A stretch of 64,000 nucleotides of DNA from Sedimenticolaceae bacterium (GTDB lineage Bacteria; Pseudomonadota; Gammaproteobacteria; Chromatiales; Chromatiaceae): assembly GCA_050305975.1 (NCBI GenBank), contig JBNLGI010000188.1, positions 186 through 64,185 on the forward strand, read 5' to 3'. Under the pieces are notes generated by a model, which saw only the letters and a list, made by a program, of their open reading frames with translations, made no database searches and had not been told where the DNA came from. The position numbers and the translations under genes are program-made. Below, in pieces: positions 54,509-64,000 of the stretch; positions within the stretch are counted from its first letter, which is position 1; every line of letters begins with the position of its first letter.

Positions 54509-55513
54509 TCAGAGCCCCTCCGGCTTCTGGCTGCGTTCGAGCAGGTTGTGCACCGCCGTTTCCGGTGGGAGCGCTTCATAGAGTACGGCATGAACCTGTT
54601 CCGAGATCGGCATCTCCACGCCGTGGCGCTGGGACAGCTTATAGACCTCCTGCGCCGTGTGGACGCCCTCCACCTCCTGGCCGATACGCTGTCTCGCCTG
54701 TTCGATGGAGAGGCCCTCGGCCAGCGCCAATCCCATGCGGCGGTTGCGCGACTGATTGTCGGTGCAGGTGAGTACCAGGTCGCCGAGGCCGGCCAGGCCC
54801 ATGAAGGTCTCCTGCCTGCCGCCCAGCTCGATTCCCAGACGCATGATCTCGGTCAGGCCCCGGGTGATCAGCGCGGCCCGGGTGTTGGCGCCGAAGCCGA
54901 GGCCATCGGCGATACCGGCGGCGATGGCCAGCACGTTCTTGCTCGCGCCCCCCACCTGCACGCCGATCAGGTCGTCGCTGGTGTAGGCGCGGAACCAGGG
55001 GGAGTGCAGCAGTTCGGCCATGCGAGTGGCGTGGCGTTGAGTGGAGGCGGCGACCGTGATGGCGGTGGGCAGTCCACGGGCCACCTCACCGGCGAAGGTG
55101 GGGCCGGAAATGACGGCGAGATCCCGCTGCGGCAGGAGTTCGCTCGCCACCTCGGAGAGCAGCCGCTGGCTGCCGGGCTCGAAGCCCTTGGTGGCCCAGG
55201 TGATGCCGGGGCGGTCGCTGATGAGGGGGGCGAGCTGCCCGCAGACGGCGCGAAAGGCGTGACTGGGAACCACGATCAGGACTTCGTCGGCATCCTTCAG
55301 GGCGCGACCGAGATCGGCCTCGGGACGGACGTTGTCGGGTAGCGGGACCCCGGGCAGAAACGTCTTGTTTTCCCGATCCCGGTTCAGCGCCTCGATCTCG
55401 GCCTCCAGGTGGCCCCAGAGGCGGACGTCTAGCCCGTTCTTTCCCAGCAGGATCGCGAGGGCGGTACCCCAGGAACCGGTGCCGAGTACCGCGATGGAGT
55501 CTTTTCCCGCCAC
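54509..55513 (-). CDS. gpsA: Glycerol-3-phosphate dehydrogenase NAD(P)+
   Basis: GTGSWGTALA, SGPTFA, KNVLAIAAG, GLGDLVLTCTDNQSRN. Confidence 0.97.
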   Translation of the reverse strand: MAGKDSIAVLGTGSWGTALAILLGKNGLDVRLWGHLEAEIEALNRDRENKTFLPGVPLPDNVRPEADLGRALKDADEVLIVVPSHAFRAVCGQLAPLISDRPGITWATKGFEPGSQRLLSEVASELLPQRDLAVISGPTFAGEVARGLPTAITVAASTQRHATRMAELLHSPWFRAYTSDDLIGVQVGGASKNVLAIAAGIADGLGFGANTRAALITRGLTEIMRLGIELGGRQETFMGLAGLGDLVLTCTDNQSRNRRMGLALAEGLSIEQARQRIGQEVEGVHTAQEVYKLSQRHGVEMPISEQVHAVLYEALPPETAVHNLLERSQKPEGL

Positions 55514-55992
55514 TAGTGCTTGGCTTCGGTTGCGCTTTCAGCCTGTTGCTTGGCGAGCTGCTGCTGATGCTGTGCGTAGAGGGCGTCGAAGTTGACCGGC
55601 TGCAGCACCATCTGAGGGAAGCTGCCTTTCATGATCAGGTCGGAGAGGACCTCGCGCACATAGGGGAAGAGCTGGCTCGGGCAGTAGGCGCCCAGCAACG
55701 GCCCCCGTTCCTGGTCGTTGAAACCGCTGATGGTGAAGATTCCGGCCTGTTTGGCTTCCGCCAGGTAGGCGGTCTCTTCTCCCAAGGTGGTGGTGACGGT
55801 CACCGTGAGACAGACTTCGTAGACGCCTTCGCCGAGCGTCTGCACTTCGGTGTTGAGATTGACCTTGGTGTCGGGTTTCCACTCTTGCTGGAAGACGGCG
55901 GGGGTTTTCGGCGTCTCGAAAGAGACGTCCTTGAGATAGACCCGTTGCAGGGCGAATTCGCGATTGGGTGCGTCTGGCTTTGTTTCTGTCAT
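55513..55992 (-). CDS. secB: Protein-export chaperone SecB
   Basis: LQRVYLKDVSFETP, QAGIF, CPSQLFPY, PVNFDALY. Confidence 0.96.
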   Translation of the reverse strand: MTETKPDAPNREFALQRVYLKDVSFETPKTPAVFQQEWKPDTKVNLNTEVQTLGEGVYEVCLTVTVTTTLGEETAYLAEAKQAGIFTISGFNDQERGPLLGAYCPSQLFPYVREVLSDLIMKGSFPQMVLQPVNFDALYAQHQQQLAKQQAESATEAKH

Positions 55993-56012
55993 GGTGGTTC
56001 CTTGGGGCGTGA

Positions 56013-56432
56013 CTATTTCTTGCGGGTGACCGGCAGGTTGGCGCTCTGCCAGGCCAGGATGCCGCCTTTGAGGTTGTAGACCTGTTCGAAGCCCGCCTTG
56101 CGGAGCTGGTGACAGGCGCTGGAGGACTGAGCGCCGGAGCGACAACTGACGATGATGGGTTTGTCCTTGTGTTTGTTCAGGGTGTTGATCTGATTGGCGA
56201 AGCCGTTGCTGGGGATGCTGATGGCGTTGATGATGTGACCCTTGTGAAAGTCGGCGGAGGGACGCACATCGATCACCACGGCCTGCTGATGATTAATCAG
56301 GTCGGTGGCCGCCTGCGGGTCGACGCTGCCTTTGTCGACCTGTATCAGTGTGAAGATCAGATAACCGGCGACCAGCACGAAGGCGGTCACGAGGATCCAG
56401 TGGTTCATCGTGAATTCGATGAGTTGTTGCAT
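56013..56432 (-). CDS. Membrane-anchored rhodanese (YibN-like)
   Basis: N-terminal TM, IDVR, GHI, CRSGAQS, LKGGILAW. Confidence 0.9.
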   Translation of the reverse strand: MQQLIEFTMNHWILVTAFVLVAGYLIFTLIQVDKGSVDPQAATDLINHQQAVVIDVRPSADFHKGHIINAISIPSNGFANQINTLNKHKDKPIIVSCRSGAQSSSACHQLRKAGFEQVYNLKGGILAWQSANLPVTRKK

Positions 56433-56595
56433 TCGGGGCCTCTTGAGAAGGGTGATTTTCAGCAGGGGGAGAGTGTATACCAGGAGGCAGGGTGGGTTAA
56501 GGGGCGATCGGAATCTCTGGAGGGGACTTGTAAAAACGGGCGGCCGGTGGCTGTACTCCTACAACCGGCCCGAGGGGATCGTTAGCGGCTGAGCG

Positions 56596-56955
56596 TCAGG
56601 CGTGGGTGCAGAACACCTCGCGCATCATGCCGATTAGTTTGAGCGTGCGGAAATCGCTGACCCGATAGAAGACCCGGTTGGCATCCTTGCGGGAGGCGAG
56701 AATGCCTTTATCGCGCAGAATGGCCAGATGCTGCGAAATGTTGCTCTGGGAGGTGCCCACCTGCTCGACGATCTCCTGCACGCTGACCTCCTGGGCGCCC
56801 AGGGTGCACAGAATCTTCAGTCTCAAGGGGTGAGACATGGCCTTGAGCGACCTGGATGCGCGATCGACGTCGTCGTCGCTGGCGAACAGATTGTCCATCC
56901 CTTCGGTGTCGTCCAGGGTCAGAGGTTGGGTGCTCTTGCCGAATTTGTTTTCCAT
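56596..56955 (-). CDS. ArsR-family regulator of SqrR/BigR type (start could be 56898)
   Basis: KAMSHPLRLKILC, SQSNISQHL HTH, C-terminal EVFC (two-Cys pattern). Confidence 0.85.
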   Translation of the reverse strand: MENKFGKSTQPLTLDDTEGMDNLFASDDDVDRASRSLKAMSHPLRLKILCTLGAQEVSVQEIVEQVGTSQSNISQHLAILRDKGILASRKDANRVFYRVSDFRTLKLIGMMREVFCTHA

Positions 56956-57120
56956 AAACGCAGCCTTTTACTAGTAACTAATACAATAATACGCTGTATT
57001 ATGGGCGGATGAGAACCCTTTTTTTTGCTTGGGTTTTCCTGAACATTTTTTGCGGTTTCCCTGTCTATCACGGGGGTGGATTGTCTGGTCTGGGCTGGGG
57101 ATTGGTGATTTAATGCGATT

Positions 57121-57134
57121 TTGATCCAGATCAA
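57121..57134. promoter_or_regulatory. FNR/ANR-type box
   Basis: Perfect TTGAT-CCAG-ATCAA in the arsR/gpmI divergent region. Confidence 0.68.
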
Positions 57135-57186
57135 TATTTTTTCGTGCCATTTTCGCCTTTTTTGAGTTGTAGAGCAGAGACCTGAC

Positions 57187-58740
57187 ATGACCGATAGACC
57201 CAAGCCGGTCGTCCTGATCATTCTGGATGGCTGGGGTTACAGCGAGGACCCGGATGCCAACGCCATCGCCATTGCCCGCACCCCGGTCTGGGATCGCCTC
57301 TGGCGCGAGTATCCCCATAGTCTGATCAACACTTCGGGCGCCGCCGTCGGGCTGCCTGGGGGGCAGATGGGCAATTCGGAAGTCGGTCATCTCAACCTGG
57401 GCGCCGGACGGGTCGTCTACCAGGAGTTCACCCGGGTCAGCCGTTCCATCCGTACCGGCTCGTTCTTCACCAACGAAACCCTCACCGAGGCGGTGGACAA
57501 GGCGGTGGCCAAGGGCAAGGCGGTGCATCTGCTCGGCCTGCTCTCGCCAGGCGGCGTACACAGCCACGAGGAGCACATCCACGCGATGGTGAAACTGGCG
57601 GTGGAGCGGGGAGCGGAGAAGGTCTACGTGCACGCCTTCCTGGACGGTCGTGACACCCCGCCAAAGAGCGCCGAGCCCTCTTTCGTGGCGCTCAACGAAC
57701 TGTTTGACGAGCTGGGTCGGGGTCGTATCGCCACCCTCGTGGGTCGCTATTACGCCATGGACCGGGATCATCGTTGGGAACGCACCCAGCTGGCCTATGA
57801 TCTGCTGGTCGATGCCAAGGCCGAACATCGGGTGACGAGCGCCTGCAAGGGACTCCAGGCAGCTTACGATCGCGGCGAGACCGACGAATTCGTGGCGCCC
57901 ACCGTGGTGGTCCCCGAAGGGGAGCAGCCGGTGACCATCGAGGACGGCGATGTCCTCTTCTTTCTCAACTACCGGGCCGATCGCGCCCGTCAACTGACCA
58001 GCGCCTTCGTCGAGGAGGACTTCGACGGCTTCGAGCGCGCCCGTCGTCCCAAGCTCGGCGAATTCGTCAGCCTGACCCGCTATCACAAACGGTTCGACAT
58101 TCCGGTGGCCTTCCCGCCGGAAAAGCTGAGCAATGGTTTCGGCGAATACATCTCGCATCAGGGGCTGAGACAGCTGCGGTTGGCGGAGACGGAGAAGTAC
58201 GCCCATGTCACCTTCTTCTTCAACGGTGGGCGCGAGACCCCATTCGAGGGCGAGGACCGGATTCTGGTGCCGTCGCCCAAGGTGGCGACCTACGATCTGA
58301 AGCCGGAGATGAGCGCCGAGGAGGTGACCGATCACCTGGTGGAGGCGATCGAGGGCGGTAAGTACGACACCATCATCTGCAACTATGCCAACAGCGACAT
58401 GGTGGGACACACCGGCAAGCTGGATGCCGCCATCCATGCGGTGGAGACCCTCGACCACTGTCTGGGCCGGGTCATGAAGTCGATCCACCTGGCCGGCGGC
58501 GAAATGCTGATCACCGCCGACCACGGCAATTCGGAGCAGATGGAGGATCATGCCAACCATCAACCCCACACCGCACACACGGTGAACCCGGTGCCGCTGA
58601 TCTACGTGGGGCGGCATGCCGAGCTGGAGGAGGGCGGCGCCCTGTGCGATATCGCCCCCACCCTGCTGCGTATCATGGGACTGGAGGCGCCGACCGAGAT
58701 GCAGGGCCGGCCACTGATCCGATTTGTGGGGGACGCCTGA
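57187..58740 (+). CDS. gpmI: 2,3-bisphosphoglycerate-independent phosphoglycerate mutase
   Basis: [46 protein letters not shown]. Confidence 0.98.
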   Translation: MTDRPKPVVLIILDGWGYSEDPDANAIAIARTPVWDRLWREYPHSLINTSGAAVGLPGGQMGNSEVGHLNLGAGRVVYQEFTRVSRSIRTGSFFTNETLTEAVDKAVAKGKAVHLLGLLSPGGVHSHEEHIHAMVKLAVERGAEKVYVHAFLDGRDTPPKSAEPSFVALNELFDELGRGRIATLVGRYYAMDRDHRWERTQLAYDLLVDAKAEHRVTSACKGLQAAYDRGETDEFVAPTVVVPEGEQPVTIEDGDVLFFLNYRADRARQLTSAFVEEDFDGFERARRPKLGEFVSLTRYHKRFDIPVAFPPEKLSNGFGEYISHQGLRQLRLAETEKYAHVTFFFNGGRETPFEGEDRILVPSPKVATYDLKPEMSAEEVTDHLVEAIEGGKYDTIICNYANSDMVGHTGKLDAAIHAVETLDHCLGRVMKSIHLAGGEMLITADHGNSEQMEDHANHQPHTAHTVNPVPLIYVGRHAELEEGGALCDIAPTLLRIMGLEAPTEMQGRPLIRFVGDA

Positions 58741-58743
58741 TCC

Positions 58744-59985
58744 ATGTATCTGTGGCGGTGCCTGGCGGCGCTGTTGCTGACAGCCTGCCTGCTTTCCCCG
58801 GGGCTGGCTGCCGACGATGAGGAGCTGGAGGCGAAGACCCGTCAGCTGGAGCAGGTCAAGAGCCGTATCGAGTCATTGAACCAGGCCCTGCGCTCCACCG
58901 AGAGCCAGCGTGACGAGCAGAACCGTGCGTTGCAGGAGACGGAGCAGAAGGTCGGCCTCATCGCCCGCCGCATCCGGGTGACCGATCTGAGCCTGCAGCG
59001 CCAGCAGCGCCAGCTGGCGGAACTGGAGGCGGATCGGGCCGATGCCCGCCTGAAACTCGACAGCCACCGCTCCTCCCTCGAACAGCAGATCCGGGCCGCC
59101 TATGCCATGGGTCGGCAGGAGAAGGTGAAAATCCTACTGAATCAAGAAGATCCCGCCGTAGTCAGCCGGGTCATGGTGTATTACGATTATTTCAATGCGG
59201 CGCGACTCTCGCAGATGGAGCGGATTGAGGAGAGTCTCCACGAGCTGAACCGGATCGAGCATGAGATCGCCCGGGAGGAGCAGCGTCTGCAGCAGCTGCA
59301 GGAGAAGAACAACAACGAGCGTTTGCAGCTGGAGACGGCCAAGCGGGGGAGGATGGAGATCGTTGCCAAACTCAACCTCCGGTTGAAGGATCAGGGCCAG
59401 GAGTTGAGTGAACTGAAGGATGACGAGAACCAGCTCTCATCGCTGATCTCAAACATCCAGCAGGCACTCTCCGATCTGCCCCTGGATCCCGCCGCTCACG
59501 ATCCGTTCCGCAGCCGAAAAGGCAAGCTGCCCTGGCCCGCAAATGGCAGCCTGGCCGCCAGCTTCGGCAGCCGGCGGGAGGTGGGGAAGCTGACCTGGGA
59601 CGGGGTCATGATCGCGGCACCGGAGGGGCGAGAAGTACACGCCATCCATCACGGCCGGGTGGCTTTCGCCGATTGGTTGCGCGGCTTCGGTCTGCTGTTG
59701 ATCATCGATCACGGCGATGGCTACATGAGTCTCTACGGACATAATCAGAGTCTGTTCAAAGAGACCGGTGAATGGGTCGAACCGGGAGAGGTGGTGGCAC
59801 AGGTCGGCAGCAGTGGCGGTCGCACCCAGTCCGGCATCTATTTCGGCATCAGGCATAATGGTGAGCCGCAGAATCCGATGCTGTGGTGCAAGCGAACAAA
59901 AGGCCGCACGATTACCGATCGGGAGCGTCCATATGGCCAAGCGTCCGCCGCGCTCCAACGAGCCTCCGGCGACGGCCAGGGGTGA
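58744..59985 (+). CDS. envC: Murein hydrolase activator EnvC (coiled coil + degenerate M23)
   Basis: Signal peptide, coiled coil, KGKLPWP, WDGVMI, ADWLRGFG, DHGDGYMSLYGHNQ. Confidence 0.88.
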   Translation: MYLWRCLAALLLTACLLSPGLAADDEELEAKTRQLEQVKSRIESLNQALRSTESQRDEQNRALQETEQKVGLIARRIRVTDLSLQRQQRQLAELEADRADARLKLDSHRSSLEQQIRAAYAMGRQEKVKILLNQEDPAVVSRVMVYYDYFNAARLSQMERIEESLHELNRIEHEIAREEQRLQQLQEKNNNERLQLETAKRGRMEIVAKLNLRLKDQGQELSELKDDENQLSSLISNIQQALSDLPLDPAAHDPFRSRKGKLPWPANGSLAASFGSRREVGKLTWDGVMIAAPEGREVHAIHHGRVAFADWLRGFGLLLIIDHGDGYMSLYGHNQSLFKETGEWVEPGEVVAQVGSSGGRTQSGIYFGIRHNGEPQNPMLWCKRTKGRTITDRERPYGQASAALQRASGDGQG

Positions 59986-60052
59986 GGGAACGAAGCCCTG
60001 AAGCGTGTTGAGCGTGATTGCCGCATCGGCGGCGAATTGACAGGAAAACCTA

Positions 60053-61375
60053 ATGAAGCATGCAGTTGAGAGAATACGCCGGAATGCCGGCCTGATACTC
60101 CTGGCGAGCCTGATGCTGGCGCCGGCCATGGCGTCGGCCCAGGCCGAGGAGCCCCCCGAGCCGCTGCCGCTGGAGCAGTTGCGGACCTTTGCCGACATTT
60201 TCGGCCGCATCAAGGCCAACTATGTGGAGCCGGTTGAGGACAAAGTGCTGCTGGAGAACGCCATACGCGGCATGGTCTCCGGCCTCGATCCCCATTCCAA
60301 CTATCTCGACGCCGAAGACTACAAGGACCTGCAGGTCGGGACCAAAGGGGAGTTCGGCGGGCTCGGCATCGAGGTCGGCATGGAGGATGGCTTCGTCAAG
60401 GTGATCGCGCCGATCGACGATACGCCGGCGCAGCGCGCGGGCGTGCAGAGCGGTGATCTCATCGTCAGGCTCGACGACACCCCGGTCAAGGGCCTGTCGC
60501 TGAGTGACGCGGTCAAGCTGATGCGCGGCAAGCCGGGCACCAGTATCGAGCTCACCATCATCCGCAAGGGCGAGGAGAAGCCGCTGAAGATCATGGTGGT
60601 GCGCGACACCATCAAGGTGGCCAGCGTCAAGGGACGGTTGCTGGACAAGCACTACGCCTATCTGCGCATCTCCCAGTTTCAGTCCCACACCACCAGCGAT
60701 CTGCTGAAGACCCTGAAGCGCCTTGAGAAGGAGGCGGGAGAGGAGCTGCACGGCATGATTCTCGACCTGCGCAATAATCCGGGAGGGGTCCTCAACGCGG
60801 CGGTCTCGGTCAGCGACGCCTTTCTTCAGTCGGGTCTGATCGTCTATACCCAGGGGCGTGAGAGCGACTCCCAGCTCCGCTTCGAAGCGGCGCCCGACGA
60901 TGTGCTCAACGGGGCGCCCATCGTGGTGCTGGTGAACGAAGGCTCCGCCTCCGCTTCGGAGATCGTCGCCGGCGCCCTGCAGGATCAGAAACGGGCGGTG
61001 ATCATGGGCACCCGGACCTTCGGCAAGGGCTCGGTGCAGACCATTATCCCGATCAGCGACACGGCGGCGGTGAAACTGACCACGGCCCGCTACTACACCC
61101 CCTCCGGACGTTCGATTCAGGCCGAGGGCATCAAGCCCGATATCGAGCTGGAGGAGGTCAAGGTCTCCAAGGTCGAAAGCGACGGCGTGAAGCCCATCAA
61201 GGAGGCCGATCTCTCCGGCCATCTGGAGAACGGAAAAGCGAAGGATTCGGCGACCGATGCGAAAGGCGCCGATTCAGAGAATGAGTCTCTGGCCGATAAG
61301 GACTATCAACTGGGCGAGGCTCTGAATCTGCTCAAGGGGCTGGCCATCCTGGGCGCGCGGGCGAAGGCGGAATGA
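60053..61375 (+). CDS. ctpA: Carboxy-terminal processing protease, S41 family
   Basis: LDPHS, GGLGIEV PDZ, LDLRNNPGG, SASASEIVAGALQD, FGKGSVQ. Confidence 0.93.
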   Translation: MKHAVERIRRNAGLILLASLMLAPAMASAQAEEPPEPLPLEQLRTFADIFGRIKANYVEPVEDKVLLENAIRGMVSGLDPHSNYLDAEDYKDLQVGTKGEFGGLGIEVGMEDGFVKVIAPIDDTPAQRAGVQSGDLIVRLDDTPVKGLSLSDAVKLMRGKPGTSIELTIIRKGEEKPLKIMVVRDTIKVASVKGRLLDKHYAYLRISQFQSHTTSDLLKTLKRLEKEAGEELHGMILDLRNNPGGVLNAAVSVSDAFLQSGLIVYTQGRESDSQLRFEAAPDDVLNGAPIVVLVNEGSASASEIVAGALQDQKRAVIMGTRTFGKGSVQTIIPISDTAAVKLTTARYYTPSGRSIQAEGIKPDIELEEVKVSKVESDGVKPIKEADLSGHLENGKAKDSATDAKGADSENESLADKDYQLGEALNLLKGLAILGARAKAE

Positions 61376-61389
61376 GCATGAGGGTATAG

Positions 61390-62196
61390 ATGCGACAAAA
61401 GGGGCTGCTGGCCGGACTGCTGATCACGTTACTGCTGACACCCTGGTGGTGTGCGGCCGAAACGGCAGCTGCCGGCGAAGCGCCTGTTCGCATCGCCCTG
61501 ATCATCGACGACATGGGCAACCGCAAGGCTGCCGGGGAGCAGGCCCTGGCGCTGCCGGGAAATATCACCTACTCCTTTCTGCCGCACACCCCCTACGCCC
61601 ACAAGCAGGCAATCCGCGCGCATGAGCTGAAGCGCGAGATCATGCTGCATCTGCCGATGGAGTCCGCTCTCGGCAATCCGCTGGGTGCCGGTGCGCTGAC
61701 CCAGTCGATGCCGAGAGAGGAGTTCCTGGCCGTGCTCAAACGCGATCTCGATTCCCTCCCCTACGTCGCCGGCGTGAATAACCACATGGGGAGCCTGCTG
61801 ACGCGGGATCCGACCGCGATGCGCTGGCTGATGGGCAGCCTGCGGGAGGCGGATCTCTTCTTCGTCGACAGCCGTACCACGGATGCCACCGTGGCGGAGC
61901 GGGTGGCGCAGGAGCATCTGGTCGCTTCCGCTCGACGCCACGTATTTCTCGACTACATTCAGGAGAGAGAGATCGTGCGTGAGCAGCTGGCAGCCCTGGT
62001 TGCCACGGCGCGACGGGAAGGCAGCGCCATCGGCATCGGCCACCCCCATCCGGAGACCCTGGCGGTACTGATGGAAGAGCTGCCCAAACTGCAGGCCGAG
62101 GGTATCGAACTGGTGCCCGTGTCGGCCCTTACCAACCCGGGGAGAGCATTATGGCACGCGTCCTCGTCCCTCTTGCCCAAGGCTGTGAAGAACTAG
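61390..62196 (+). CDS. Divergent polysaccharide deacetylase (YibQ-like)
   Basis: IIDDMG, LHLPME, NNHMGS, FVDSRT, AIGIGHP. Confidence 0.9.
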   Translation: MRQKGLLAGLLITLLLTPWWCAAETAAAGEAPVRIALIIDDMGNRKAAGEQALALPGNITYSFLPHTPYAHKQAIRAHELKREIMLHLPMESALGNPLGAGALTQSMPREEFLAVLKRDLDSLPYVAGVNNHMGSLLTRDPTAMRWLMGSLREADLFFVDSRTTDATVAERVAQEHLVASARRHVFLDYIQEREIVREQLAALVATARREGSAIGIGHPHPETLAVLMEELPKLQAEGIELVPVSALTNPGRALWHASSSLLPKAVKN

Positions 62197-62699
62197 AAGC
62201 CGTCACCATCACCGATCTGCTGACCCGTGGCGGCATCGAAGTGGTCACGGCCGGGCTCGATGACCATCCCGTGAAGGCCTCGCGTGGTATGACCCTGGTG
62301 CCTGACACCACCCTAGATGCGGTGATGGAACAGGAGTTTGACATGATGGTGCTTCCGGGCGGCCTGCCCGGGGCCGATCATCTGAACGATGACCCGCGAA
62401 TACACAGACTGCTCAAACGTCTCAATTCAGAGGGGCGCTACATGGCTGCCATCTGCGCCGCGCCCAAAGTCCTGGCGACGGCAGGCCTGCTCGATGGACG
62501 CAAGGCGACCAGCTACCCGGGGGCGTTGGCGGGTATGGACCTGCCGCGGGTGAGTCTGCAGCTCGACGGCGTGGTCAGGGATGACAAGGTGGTTACCTCG
62601 CGCGGACCGGGTACGGCGATGGATTTCGCCCTGGAGCTGGTGGAGCTTCTGGCCGGCAAGACAAAGCGGGAGGAGGTCGAGAAGGGGCTGGTGCGCTGA
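62151..62699 (+). CDS. yajL: DJ-1/YajL family protein
   Basis: GCEELEAVT, LPGG, AAICAAP nucleophile Cys, TSRGPGTA. Confidence 0.88.
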   Translation: MARVLVPLAQGCEELEAVTITDLLTRGGIEVVTAGLDDHPVKASRGMTLVPDTTLDAVMEQEFDMMVLPGGLPGADHLNDDPRIHRLLKRLNSEGRYMAAICAAPKVLATAGLLDGRKATSYPGALAGMDLPRVSLQLDGVVRDDKVVTSRGPGTAMDFALELVELLAGKTKREEVEKGLVR

Positions 62700-62752
62700 A
62701 TCTGCGATTTCTGTGATCGGGTGTGGATCCGAATAGTCCGATGGGCCGGGAG

Positions 62753-64000
62753 TCAGTTTGATGCATCCCGGCCTTCGTCGGTTGACTGTTGCGAGATTGA
62801 TAGCATTACCATCTCCCGATGTTCGGGGACCAGAGTGTCAAGCAGTTTGCTCAGCCGCTGGGTGTCCATCGCGTCGCAGGCTTCTGACATTTGGTCGAGG
62901 GTGTCATTGAGCCAGGACCAGTCAACCTCGCGGTGGCGAGCTAGAAGGACCTTTTCGTGGGCTGTTTTTTCCAGCTGTTCCTGCTCATGGAACAGCTCTT
63001 CATAGAGCTTCTCGCCGGGGCGTAGACCGATGTACTTTATGGCGATGTCCTCTCCCGGTGTACGTCCGGAGAGCCGGATCATCTGTTCCGCCAGGTAGCT
63101 GATCTTGATCGGTTCTCCCATATCGAGTACGAAGATCTCTCCTCCCTTGCCGAGTACCACCGTTTGCATGATGAGTTGGCACGCCTCGGGGATGGTCATG
63201 AAGTAGCGCTCTATGCGCGGATCGGTAACGGTAACCGGACCCCCGGCCTCGATCTGCTGGCGGAACAGGGGAATGACACTGCCGGCTGAGCCGAGAACGT
63301 TACCGAACCTGACGGTGATGAACCGGGTCTTCGAGTGGGTGTTGAGATTCTGACAGAAGATTTCGGCGGCACGCTTGCTTGCACCCATCACATTGGCCGG
63401 ATTGACTGCCTTATCAGTGGAGACAAGGACGAAATCCTCGCAGCCGTGACGGTCCGCAGTATGGGCCAGTGTGCGTGTGCCCAGTACATTGTTGCGCAGG
63501 GCCTGCCTCAACTGGGGTTCGAGCATGGGAACGTGCTTATAGGCTGCAGCGTGGAAGACCACCTCCGGTTGATGATATTCGAACACGGTGTCGACGAAAG
63601 GTTGATCCGTCACATCACCGAGATGGCAAGTGAGGTCCAGGTCCGGAAAGCTGCGTTGCAGCTCCATTTGTATGGTGTAGAGATTGAGCTCACTGTTTTC
63701 AATGATAACGAGGCTCTGAGGCTTGAGGCGAGAGACTTGTCGGCAAAGTTCAGAGCCGATGGAACCGCCTCCGCCGGAGATCAAAATACGCTTGTGGGAC
63801 AGGCGTCGTGATATCTCTGGCCAGTCGAGTGAGACGGGTTCACGACCAAGCAGGTCATCGATCGAGACCTCGCGCAATTCATTGATGTGGACGTTGCCCG
63901 TCATCAGGTCACTGAGTTGGGGGACGGTGCGATAGGGTACGCCAGCCATATCGCAATAGGCGACGATCTGGCGGAACTGAGTGGGCTTGGCAGAGGGAAT
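62753..64000 (-). CDS. 3' part of a nucleoside-diphosphate sugar 4,6-dehydratase (PglF/CapD/WbpM family); 5' end beyond the window
   Basis: DLLGR, GGGGSIGSE, FHAAAYKHVP, STDKAVNP, VRFGNVLGS, RPGEKLYEEL. Confidence 0.93.
   Translation of the reverse strand: MPSAKPTQFRQIVAYCDMAGVPYRTVPQLSDLMTGNVHINELREVSIDDLLGREPVSLDWPEISRRLSHKRILISGGGGSIGSELCRQVSRLKPQSLVIIENSELNLYTIQMELQRSFPDLDLTCHLGDVTDQPFVDTVFEYHQPEVVFHAAAYKHVPMLEPQLRQALRNNVLGTRTLAHTADRHGCEDFVLVSTDKAVNPANVMGASKRAAEIFCQNLNTHSKTRFITVRFGNVLGSAGSVIPLFRQQIEAGGPVTVTDPRIERYFMTIPEACQLIMQTVVLGKGGEIFVLDMGEPIKISYLAEQMIRLSGRTPGEDIAIKYIGLRPGEKLYEELFHEQEQLEKTAHEKVLLARHREVDWSWLNDTLDQMSEACDAMDTQRLSKLLDTLVPEHREMVMLSISQQSTDEGRDASN

Overview
Chromosomal origin region and downstream housekeeping DNA of a GC-rich gammaproteobacterium. 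Gene content (family-1 PyrD, SqrR/BigR-type ArsR, TusA, DUF3683 oxidase, PEP-CTERM genes) suggests a Chromatiales/Sedimenticolaceae-like sulfur oxidiser; this is inference. Left to right: frameshifted 5' end of mnmG; moxR-DUF58-transglutaminase operon; ydcH; mnmE-yidC-yidD-rnpA-rpmH; dnaA-[oriC]-dnaN-recF (two perfect parS sites)-gyrB; glyQ-glyS-mazG-like-gmhB-plsC; PP-loop thiolase-tusA-CDF; glnA-DUF4124-ntrB-ntrC with NtrC/sigma54 sites; nfi; ODP-type di-iron protein; hemE; ppc; two sigma54-driven PEP-CTERM-type genes; cytochrome c'; cca; cysC; pyrD; trmL; arsR-rhodanese-secB-gpsA; gpmI-envC-ctpA-deacetylase-yajL; 3' part of a PglF/CapD dehydratase. No rRNA, tRNA, CRISPR array, transposase or integrase was found. 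Best novelty candidates: (1) two paralogous 26/27-aa membrane microproteins (MLGSDKA...) with strong RBSs, own hairpins and a clear purifying-selection signature, flanking an unknown membrane gene; (2) a CCA-adding enzyme whose A-addition loop and RxE motif are altered (possible CC-adding enzyme); (3) a 9-bp-periodic nested inverted-repeat element after hemE. All family calls come from recognising sequence motifs by eye; no database search was run.
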